A stretch of 61,648 nt of DNA, filler included, from Stramenopiles sp. TOSAG23-3 (taxonomy: Eukaryota), in the NCBI GenBank assembly GCA_900128585.1. It is 10 parts of 10 records of this genome, joined end to end, with 100 filler letters (N's around TTAATTAATTAA, not from the genome) between each part and the next. Parts side by side here need not be neighbours in the genome. Positions count along the whole stretch, not along the records: positions 49,483 to 55,516 come from LT643390.1; positions 55,617 to 61,648 come from LT643391.1; 8 more parts are not named here. One strand, 5' to 3'. The notes beneath the pieces are model-generated. The model was not told the origin of the DNA. It made no database searches and worked only from the letters and a program-made list of their open reading frames with translations. Positions 52,846 to 61,173 of the stretch are shown here, in pieces; positions within the stretch are counted from its first letter, which is position 1; each line of letters begins with the position of its first letter. Made by a program: the position numbers and the translations under genes.

Positions 52846-53550
52846 ATGATTTTATCCAAGGTAGTAGCGAGTGCACGGGCAACCGGGAGCACCGGGGTTG
52901 CGAGGCGTTTCTTCGGCGCCAAAGGTAGCCGTGGTTGGGACTGGTATTACAATTACAAGGAGAAGGCGGCCGAGGGCCCTGTGGAAGCGACGCCTTTCCC
53001 GGACAGTGTGGCTGGGGCGGCCCGAAAGAAGGCGTTTTTGGACATAAAAATTGCCGACGAAGACAAAGGCCGTATCGTTATTGAGCTCGCCGATGACCTT
53101 GTGCCACGGGCAAGTCAAAACTTTCTAGACTTGTGCCAGGGGGTCGCCGTGGAGGGCGCGGACGGCGCAAAGGCAGACTTGACGTACAAAGGCACGAAGT
53201 TTCACACCAACCGAAAAGGGTACATAATTCAAGGAGGCGACGTGGATGGCCGAGGCGGTCGTTGCGCCCCGCAGCATGCGACAGATATTAGTGGCTATTT
53301 TTTCCAGGACGAAAACGTCAATATTTCTCACTCCGTTCCTGGGATTGTGAGCATGGCCACCCCAGGCGCACATACGAACGGGTCCCAATTTTTCATCACC
53401 ATGACGGGTGCCACCCATCTCGACACCAAGCACCAAGTTGTCGGGCGTGTCGTGGAGGGGATGGACGTAGTGAAGGTCATGAACGAAGTGTTCTCGGTGC
53501 GGGGGAAACCGTTGTCGGACATTGTGATCGCGGATGCCGGCGAAGTATAG
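52846..53550 (+). CDS. Cyclophilin-type PPIase-fold protein with mitochondrial presequence-like N-terminus
   Basis: GRIVIELADDLVPRASQNFLDLC, YKGTKFH, IQGGD, PGIVSMA...HTNGSQFFIT, HLDTKHQVVGRVVEGMDVV; Arg/Ser/Ala-rich leader ending ARRFF. ATG at 52846. Confidence 0.9.
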   Translation: MILSKVVASARATGSTGVARRFFGAKGSRGWDWYYNYKEKAAEGPVEATPFPDSVAGAARKKAFLDIKIADEDKGRIVIELADDLVPRASQNFLDLCQGVAVEGADGAKADLTYKGTKFHTNRKGYIIQGGDVDGRGGRCAPQHATDISGYFFQDENVNISHSVPGIVSMATPGAHTNGSQFFITMTGATHLDTKHQVVGRVVEGMDVVKVMNEVFSVRGKPLSDIVIADAGEV

Positions 53551-53802
53551 GAGAGCGTTACGCGGGAAGAGGGTGAATTTGATGCCCGGTGTAAAGGTGT
53601 GGGGGGTGGGTTGGTTGTGTGGCCCCCACGCTCGTATAACCCGCATCGTCGCCCCGTTACAAAACATCACAACAACAAATTAAGAATTAATTCATTTGTT
53701 TTTAAAAATGTACAAATTAAGAATGCTTACTTTACTGATTTGTTTTGTGGGGAGATTTGAGAGTTTTATTTTTCTAGAGCCTAAAATATTTACAATTTCA
53801 TA

Positions 53803-53816
53803 TCATAATATTTTTT

Positions 53817-53856
<40 letters not shown>

Positions 53857-54933
53857 GACGAGGACGCATGCAATGACCGTAAACGTAAACATACAAAAAC
53901 AGCAAAGGGCGCATTTAATTTTCGGGTCCGTCATCATTATTTGAACCGCCATTTCGGTGGGGTTCTTGCCCCTCGACTTTGCTAGCGAAATCAATTTCTG
54001 GAGCTCGTCTTTCGACTTTGTTCCGTCCATCATCTCTTCGACAACGGCGCTGCCCTCGCCGCTCGGGTTGACTCGGATGCGCCTCTCGTGCTGGTAAGAG
54101 AGAGAGGAACTTTTCCGTCGGCTGCGACCGCTGCCTTTGTTCGATCGTCGCAGCAACGGAGAGTTTATTCTAGACCGTTTGGACGTGTTTGCCGACTTTT
54201 TCTTTTCAAGGCCTGGGCGCCTTCCCAAGTACCCGCTTCCGCGCTCGTTCGAACTGTCAAACTCCGTGTCGTAATGGTCCGTGGCAGACGTCTCCGTGTC
54301 GTCCACGCACGAGGAGGAGCACGAATCGTAAATGTCACTCTCCCCATCCGTGCTGTTTCGACGCCCCCTCTGCCCCCGCGAAGACCGGCGTCTGCCCAAC
54401 TTCTTTTTTTTGCGTTCTTTCCCCGTAACCACCGCAGCCCTCCCGGCCTCTCTATGCTGGTTCTCGGAGCCCACACTCGGCTGAGAAAAGTGCACGGTTT
54501 TGCTCCGTTGCTTGGCAATTGGGGATTGCACCGGGGAGCTCACGTCCGGTCTCTTTATCTCCCCCGTGCGCTGCAAGCGCTTTACCAAGTGTTTGTAATG
54601 GTCGTCTAATGGGTGCACCCAGGTGGACTCCTGCGTGGGCGCATGGTAAAAATATACATTGCCACTTTCGTCGGTGTGGTCCGTCCACCCCGAAGGCAAG
54701 GGCGCACTGATGGCCTCTTGGGCAATCCAAAGCAAAGACGATTCCCGGTTCGGATCAATTCCCAGGTACTTGGCAAATTCAATGACTTCCGTAACGTTGT
54801 GAAATTTGTCTACCACCGAATCCATGCGATGAAGGTTCCCGCTGCTTTTCGTCCCAATGGCGACTTTCCCATCCTCCCCTGGGGTACTGCTCTCCGGGTC
54901 GTCGGCTATCTCTATCGACAACTCTGAGGACAT
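53803..54933 (-). CDS. WW-domain protein (CEP164-type N-terminal module) with disordered middle and C-terminal hydrophobic segment
   Basis: EVIEFAKYLGIDP...LLWIAQEAISAPLPSGWT.......VYFYH..TQESTWVHPLD. The C-terminus crosses a 36-bp homopolymer (53819-53854), so the exact stop is uncertain. Confidence 0.78.
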
Positions 54934-55617
54934 TGTTTTGGTTTATTCTATTTGGAAGGCGTAGTCTCATGAAACCATCCTTGAATTCATTTGCATACAA
55001 AGATGAAATCCTTGGCATTCCTTTCCTCTTTTCTTTTAACGATGGTCTGTGTATATATGATGTATATATTCATGTTTTTCATTGTTATCTGTATTTTATA
55101 TATATTAAACTCACTCACTCACAAAATATTATAAAAATATAAATATAAATAATAATAATAGGATTGACTGAATAATAATAAAAAATAATAATTAATACAT
55201 CATCTTCTCATCATATTTTAGTCTATCATATGTTACTACACTTTAAATTATAAATAAATTCATCTTCGATCACAACAGATCAGAAGAAAGAAGAAGAAAG
55301 AAGAAGAAGTATACGAATTTAATTAATAATTAAATACTATTTTATACATTCTTTCCTCCTATATAATGTATTATAGTTTATTTAATTAATTATTTTAAAT
55401 TGTATTTTAAATTTTAAATTATTAATAATAATAAAATATGATGGATGATGGATGATGTATTCTATCTTAAATTAAATATTAAATAGACTATAGTACTACT
55501 ATTGAATCTCATTTTGNNNNNNNNNNNNNNNNNNNNNNNNNNNNNNNNNNNNNNNNNNNNTTAATTAATTAANNNNNNNNNNNNNNNNNNNNNNNNNNNN
55601 NNNNNNNNNNNNNNNNG

Positions 55618-55650
55618 AAGAAGAAACGTAAGGTGAGCCCGAGGAAATAA
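55618..55650 (+). CDS. Probable 3' end of an upstream element ORF cut by the contig boundary (…KKKRKVSPRK*)
   Basis: AAG AAG AAA CGT AAG GTG AGC CCG AGG AAA TAA, ending 20 nt before the integrase ATG; only 10 codons are visible. Confidence 0.4.
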   Translation, partial: KKKRKVSPRK

Positions 55651-55670
55651 ATTTCTACTCGTATTATAAA

Positions 55671-57593
55671 ATGGCGAAACCGTACCTGGAGCTTACTAAA
55701 TTACAACGAGAATTAGTATTTGATATGATTAGAAATCAAGGCTATGCTGAAGGAGTCCACACATTATACCAACGTCTCAGGCGCGTATTTGGGAATAGGC
55801 CGCACCCCGCGATGAATAAGAAAGGAGAAATAGCATATAAAGACGATGGGGGAATTTACGAGCTAGAACCTCGGGACGAAGATTCGTATGAATATAACGG
55901 CGACAAATACGAGTACAAAACGAGAGAAGTAACCAGAAAGGGGGTTAAAAAAAGGGAACGCCGCTTATTACTACCGAATAGAAAGAGCATAGAAATATTT
56001 CTACGCAAGGACCCATCTCACCAAGTTGATAGGACAGTAAGACACGCCGTGGCGGGTGGGATTAAAACGCCGCCCAAATATGCGATTAAACCCGTAATTC
56101 CTAAAGCCAACATATTAGATATTATATTTTGCGACTCAATGAGGATGCCTAAAACAATATCGCTCGAAGACAATGCTGAATATTCATGGTGCTTCGTGAT
56201 GGTCGATGCTTTGAGTAAGATGATATTTGTAAAACCGCTGCAACTGCAGACGCAACTATCAACGACAACTAAAAAAAGACAGAGAATCACCGAAGAGGAA
56301 TCTGAAGAACAGTTCGATCCAAAAAGACGCCCGGCTTCTGATCAAACGTACAGGTATTTCCTAGAATTCATAAGGAGAATTAATAAGACGAGAAAGCACC
56401 ACGACCCTAAGCGGCAAGATGTATTTCCTCGCTTGGTGGTGTCGGATCGAGGATCGGAATTTATGGGGCCGTGGGTGGAAGGCCTGAATGAATTGAAGAA
56501 CAAATACAAGAAAACAAAAACCAATGGAGAGGATACGTATCCTTATTTTAATTATACCAAGACTCCGCTTGGACGATCGCAATATAATTCACTGGCTGAG
56601 AGCGCGGTAGGGATATGTAGACGGGCATTCTATCGAATTAATAGAGGCTATCAAGAACAACTTGAAAAAAGAACGGGAACGCGAAAGAGGTGGGTACCAA
56701 AAGACTGGCATACTGATACCCAGTCTGTCGATTTATATGATTGGACGCGCGACTGCGACGAAGTAATGCGGCGTTTGAACAGTCGGTATCATTCTACGAT
56801 TAAAACGACTCCCATAAATGCTCTCCTGGAGATTGGAATAAAGCGTAAGCAAGTAAAACAAAACATTGTGGACGTCGCAAATAAAAGATACAAGGACGTA
56901 AAACACAACTTGAATTTGCCGGGATTTTCTCCTAGTTCGCCCGTTACAGTCGGAGATTACGTACGCGTAAAGATAGCAAAAACGGGGGACATGGGCGTCA
57001 CATTTCACAAGAAAGGCGATACACGCAAACGAGCTACTAAATCGGCCTCAAACAATTGGTCGATCAATATATATAAGGTGGTTGACATGAAAGTATTGAA
57101 AAAGGGACAGCGAACGTATCGTGTAGAAAATATTGATCCGGATAGTAGCAAGCGAGTCCAAGGCTACTTGACGAGGGTGCAGGTTTTAAAAGTCCCACCG
57201 GATACGGTATTAGATTCGGGAAGGACAGTCAAAGACGAAGAAATATATTATAAGACGGAAGATGACGTTGATGAATCTGACGACGAAGAAGAAGAGACGG
57301 CCGAACTAACGGTGCAGCAAAAAGCAAACAAACTACTCCAGTACACGAAACGGGACTGGAACCAGGAGCTACGTGGAAAGACGTTTAAAAGCGACGATAA
57401 AACATTGGAAACAATAACGAATGTAGTATATCGTGGAATGATTTACAAATGGGTGATCGAGTACGAATCTGAGGATAAATCGGAATGGGAAGATTACTTA
57501 CCAGTCGTACTGGGCATGGCAAAGGGAGAAAATTGGTATAAGCCAGAGTATGATTTGATACTGAATAACAAGAAATTTCGACCTCGTAAATAG
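55671..57593 (+). CDS. Retroviral-like (rve, DDE) integrase of Polinton/Maverick/mavirus type
   Basis: IIFCDS (D1), CFVMVDALSKMIFVKPL, LVVSDRGSEF (D2), NSLAES (E), LNSRYHSTIKTTP, VGDYVRV...NNWS..IYKV...TYRV (Polinton integrase C-terminal pattern). Confidence 0.9.
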   Translation: MAKPYLELTKLQRELVFDMIRNQGYAEGVHTLYQRLRRVFGNRPHPAMNKKGEIAYKDDGGIYELEPRDEDSYEYNGDKYEYKTREVTRKGVKKRERRLLLPNRKSIEIFLRKDPSHQVDRTVRHAVAGGIKTPPKYAIKPVIPKANILDIIFCDSMRMPKTISLEDNAEYSWCFVMVDALSKMIFVKPLQLQTQLSTTTKKRQRITEEESEEQFDPKRRPASDQTYRYFLEFIRRINKTRKHHDPKRQDVFPRLVVSDRGSEFMGPWVEGLNELKNKYKKTKTNGEDTYPYFNYTKTPLGRSQYNSLAESAVGICRRAFYRINRGYQEQLEKRTGTRKRWVPKDWHTDTQSVDLYDWTRDCDEVMRRLNSRYHSTIKTTPINALLEIGIKRKQVKQNIVDVANKRYKDVKHNLNLPGFSPSSPVTVGDYVRVKIAKTGDMGVTFHKKGDTRKRATKSASNNWSINIYKVVDMKVLKKGQRTYRVENIDPDSSKRVQGYLTRVQVLKVPPDTVLDSGRTVKDEEIYYKTEDDVDESDDEEEETAELTVQQKANKLLQYTKRDWNQELRGKTFKSDDKTLETITNVVYRGMIYKWVIEYESEDKSEWEDYLPVVLGMAKGENWYKPEYDLILNNKKFRPRK

Positions 57594-57670
57594 ATTTCCG
57601 ATCTGGTACCCGGCTGACAAAAAAAAATCAGACCAAGTCATAAAACAAAAAATAAGTTTGCACTATAAAT

Positions 57671-58120
57671 ATGAAGGGAAAACCCAGGAAGACGTACCGT
57701 AGAAAAAAATTAGACATCGTGAAAACGCTCAAAGCGTATAAAAATAGGATCATGAGCTTGCCTCGTGATGAGTTTGAAGTTCTACGGGATAAATATATTT
57801 CGAGCTATGAAGTATGGGATACGTTTCAAAATGATGAGATACTTGAGGAGTTGCGGATGCGACACGGCACCAAATTTGATAACATTGCTTTTAGACTCTA
57901 TCTGGTGGCACGAGTCAAAGGAATTCCTCTCAAGGGAATTACAAGTCAAAAAAAATTACGGGGGAAGCGAGCGGGTGCTCTGAAAGAAGGTGAAAGTGAG
58001 GAGAGGGACTGCTTCTATGTTGGTCCAGCTTTAAATTTCGAGAACAGGGATAAACTTGAGAGAAGTGTATTTTCTATGAGATATGAAGATCGGAGATTTA
58101 TTCTTCAAGATCATAATTAG
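57671..58120 (+). CDS. Hypothetical basic protein (element ORFan)
   Basis: 149-aa ATG ORF preceded by TATAAAT; fills the space between integrase and helicase; 3' end overlaps the convergent gene. Confidence 0.7.
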   Translation: MKGKPRKTYRRKKLDIVKTLKAYKNRIMSLPRDEFEVLRDKYISSYEVWDTFQNDEILEELRMRHGTKFDNIAFRLYLVARVKGIPLKGITSQKKLRGKRAGALKEGESEERDCFYVGPALNFENRDKLERSVFSMRYEDRRFILQDHN

Positions 58121-60734
58121 AAACATCCAGTTCCTTTACGAGTTGATCCAGCCGAAGGTGATACTTATAGCCCTGTGGAACGCGCTTTTTGATTACACCA
58201 TAATCGCTTTCCATTGCAGTTAATTTTGAGCAAAAGTTTTTCCTTGAATATTCTTGCGCGGCGGCATGCGTAAGCCTTTTTTCCTTGCGAAGATACAGTT
58301 GAAACAAATCAAATATACTGTTGGCGGTCATCGAGAGCACGTACGAACTGTGTTCGCGCCCATCAGGGTACGAGCTGCGCTCGCGCCCGTCAGGGTACGA
58401 GCTGCGTCCATGGTCGTCGGACTGGTTGAGTACGAACGATTCTCTGAGTTTTTCACTCCACCAGTTGTCTTGGTTGTTGACAATACGAGCTACGCTCGCG
58501 TCAGCAAAGCTGGTACGGACTTCGTTCTCGCCAACGTCGTTGGTACCCTGATGGGCGCGAGCGCAGCTGGTACGAGCTACGCTCGCGCCAGCAAAGCTGG
58601 TACGGACTTCTTTTTGAATTGTGAATTCAAGATCAAAATGAGCATGTGACAGATCGGTAGAAGAGTCATCAACTACTTTAAAAAACCAATATTCGAATAC
58701 TTTTAATTTACATTCTTCGCTCTCTTCTCTTAATTTCTTTATCGCTCCTTCCTTATCAGGATCGAACATGGATTGGTCTTCATTGATCTCACTTTCAGCC
58801 CTTGAAAGCTCATCGTCCATTTCCTTGTAAAGTCGTGGCATTTCCTCCTTTGTCCTTAAATAGCCTTCTAGTACATATTGCAAAAACCCCTCATAATGGG
58901 GCTGGTTTTGATCTGACATAGTCCTTTGAAATTTGGAGAAATATTGATCAATCTCGGTGAACGGTTCCTCTGGAACGTCTTTTACGTTCATGAAATATTG
59001 ATAGATACTGTATAAAGCGTTCTTGTTTTTAAGAATATCGCGCACGTACATAGTCCAGAATTGTACGTCATTTTTGTATGTACTCTTACCATACATGGTT
59101 ACATGTCGGCGCTGACCACGGGCGTCTTCTGTTCTCGGTTCCTCGTTATTTGTTAGAATAATAAACCGATGAATGCTTTTCATCACAACTTGCTGACCGT
59201 ATTTTGAATTTGTAAATATTTGGTCGGCCGTAATTAGACTATTTAAGACACCAGTAGACCCTCTCGTATTAGACTTCCCTATTTCTGAAAGATGAACGAG
59301 CATACATTCTAAGAGTTGTCCGTTAAATTCGCCCCAAACCTCTCGTTCGGGTGAGGTGGATTCTAAGCGCTTTCTTGGTCCCATAATCGCCACCAATGCT
59401 TCTAGGAACTTGTCTTTCCCAATACCCATCTGGCCAATCATACAGAGTGCTACTCCAGGTTTAATGTGCGGGTACTGAAAGATTTGAGCTATCCATTTCT
59501 CTGCGAACCGATAAGTATTCTCTTCGTTATTACATAGTGTTTTCAAAAGACCCAAGTAAATATCCACTTTAGCTTGATCGTATTCGTAATTTTCAAGGTC
59601 CCACGTCGTACATTCAAAGGGTTTCCACATATTGTAGATATGGTTAGGACACGTCTCCTTTTCCGTGAACACCCCGAATTCCTCCTTTACTGGCATATCT
59701 CTGTCTTTAAGCCATCTCTTGATGAATTGCTTTTCGATGATCGTGCCGTCGTTGTTTTTCTCTTCATACGTCAGATTTCCAAAGGCGACATACAACTGGT
59801 CTTGTTTGTAAACGTATTGTTGCTCGGTCAATGTAATCACGAAACACGGCGGTTGTAGTATTTTGCTTGCGCCGTAAATTGTCTCGAATTCCTTTTTCTT
59901 GTCAGCATAAGACACTGATATTTCCATCGATTCTTTTGGGACAAAATCCTCCGGGATCTGCACGTCGCTTTTGTTCTCCTTTTCGACCCATGTCATCGGA
60001 CCGGGGAGATTACAAAGTTTTGCGTCTACGTCGTACATGAACCCGTCAAAACATAGAGGTCCTAGTTTGCTACGATCCAAACCCTCTATCACAGCTTGAA
60101 GATAATTATTTTCTAGATCGCACCAATAAGCGTTTATGCAGCTCGACATGGGATTAAAGCCATCTTTATAGTTATACTTTGTTTTGAGTTCTTGGAACAT
60201 TATTTTCTTATTCTTGCACACTTCTCGTGCCAGTTTCTTTACTTTCTCGCTCTCGGGTTTTATTTTGTAATCCGGGCGATCAGTGTTGAACAGAGCGAGC
60301 ATCCACTTTTTCCCGACTCCATGTTCTTGTAAAAACGCATCCCGGTTTGAGCAGTAATTTTGCAGTTCCGGGCAATCTAAGCCCTTTTCCTGGCAGGCGA
60401 GTAACATAATGTTTGGGTGAGCGTTCGACATGTCCCAGTCTCGGTAAATTCCTTCTGTTAAAAACATACGTACTGACCTACGCATATTCTGGATACCACC
60501 TTTGGCGAACAAACGACCATTTGTCGGATTTAATTTGGAGTGCGAATATTCTACTTCTAAATTGCAGCCAGCTGAAAGAGATTTCTTGCAGTAGGAGGCT
60601 ATATTCTTGAAAGTAAAATCTTTTTGATCATTATCGTCGTCGTCGGTTTTAGGGAACAACTTTTCAAATTCGTATTTTTTGAGGCTCAACAAATATTTAC
60701 ACTTTTCCATATTTATTTTTTCAAAAATTTTCAT
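58098..60734 (-). CDS. PolA-like transposon-viral primase-polymerase (TVpol) fused to a superfamily 3 helicase
   Basis: N-terminal GRLFA..GIQNM.RSVR, motif A RDWDMSNAHP, motif B KKWMLALFN, motif C LCFDGFM; C-terminal Walker A GQMGIGKD, Walker B MLVHLSE, motif C RFIILTNN, Arg finger QRRH. Confidence 0.85.
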   Translation of the reverse strand: MKIFEKINMEKCKYLLSLKKYEFEKLFPKTDDDDNDQKDFTFKNIASYCKKSLSAGCNLEVEYSHSKLNPTNGRLFAKGGIQNMRRSVRMFLTEGIYRDWDMSNAHPNIMLLACQEKGLDCPELQNYCSNRDAFLQEHGVGKKWMLALFNTDRPDYKIKPESEKVKKLAREVCKNKKIMFQELKTKYNYKDGFNPMSSCINAYWCDLENNYLQAVIEGLDRSKLGPLCFDGFMYDVDAKLCNLPGPMTWVEKENKSDVQIPEDFVPKESMEISVSYADKKKEFETIYGASKILQPPCFVITLTEQQYVYKQDQLYVAFGNLTYEEKNNDGTIIEKQFIKRWLKDRDMPVKEEFGVFTEKETCPNHIYNMWKPFECTTWDLENYEYDQAKVDIYLGLLKTLCNNEENTYRFAEKWIAQIFQYPHIKPGVALCMIGQMGIGKDKFLEALVAIMGPRKRLESTSPEREVWGEFNGQLLECMLVHLSEIGKSNTRGSTGVLNSLITADQIFTNSKYGQQVVMKSIHRFIILTNNEEPRTEDARGQRRHVTMYGKSTYKNDVQFWTMYVRDILKNKNALYSIYQYFMNVKDVPEEPFTEIDQYFSKFQRTMSDQNQPHYEGFLQYVLEGYLRTKEEMPRLYKEMDDELSRAESEINEDQSMFDPDKEGAIKKLREESEECKLKVFEYWFFKVVDDSSTDLSHAHFDLEFTIQKEVRTSFAGASVARTSCARAHQGTNDVGENEVRTSFADASVARIVNNQDNWWSEKLRESFVLNQSDDHGRSSYPDGRERSSYPDGREHSSYVLSMTANSIFDLFQLYLRKEKRLTHAAAQEYSRKNFCSKLTAMESDYGVIKKRVPQGYKYHLRLDQLVKELDVSNYDLEE
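58341..58610. repeat. Two clusters of 27/30-bp GTAC-bounded double-hairpin modules inserted in frame in the primase-helicase gene
   Basis: Modules start at 58341, 58368, 58395 (degenerate), 58483, 58513, 58543 (inverted), 58570 and 58600 (partial); they translate as the RSSYPDGRE and EVRTSFA.ASVAR repeats. Confidence 0.85.
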
Positions 60735-60819
60735 GCTACTTGTGGTTGGGTTGTCTTAATCTACAAACAGAAAAAAATCGGTGAATTTATTCAGTCTGAA
60801 CGCACCAAAAAAAAACAAT

Positions 60820-61119
60820 TTAAATTCCCTTCAGACGTCTATGGTTATAATTTCTAGGCGTGCGCGTAGACGAGAAGAAATTATACACGTCATCCACGGA
60901 AAAATCGCGACCGGATTCCTGCAAGACAGCGGCGATGCATTTGACGTTAGGTGCCAGAACCGGATCCTGGCGTTCTGGAAGCAATATCTTATATTTTGCT
61001 TTCTTTCTTATTTCATAAATACACATGTCGTCGCCACAATTTCTTAGACCACGAATTACGATTTCGGGGTGACCATTTTCGTCCGAACTGACGCCGGCCG
61101 ACAACACACCAGCTGCCAT
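60820..61119 (-). CDS. Hypothetical protein (element ORFan), first gene inward from the repeat array
   Basis: 99-aa ATG ORF, same strand and directly upstream of the primase-helicase, preceded by an A-rich TATATAACAACAAATAAAAA leader. Confidence 0.65.
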   Translation of the reverse strand: MAAGVLSAGVSSDENGHPEIVIRGLRNCGDDMCIYEIRKKAKYKILLPERQDPVLAPNVKCIAAVLQESGRDFSVDDVYNFFSSTRTPRNYNHRRLKGI

Positions 61120-61173
61120 TTTTTATTTGTTGTTATATAAAATATATTTATTTTTCAACGCGGTCTTTTTTTC

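Noticed and set aside
55671-57593. Integrase as part of an LTR retrotransposon
   Set aside because: Stand-alone ORF with its own ATG, no adjacent gag/protease/RT/RNase H, and neighbours are DNA-virus-type replication genes.
58341-58610. Hairpin modules or the 76-bp array as a CRISPR array
   Set aside because: No constant repeat alternating with unique spacers and no cas genes; the modules lie inside an ORF and the 76-bp units are contiguous near-identical copies.
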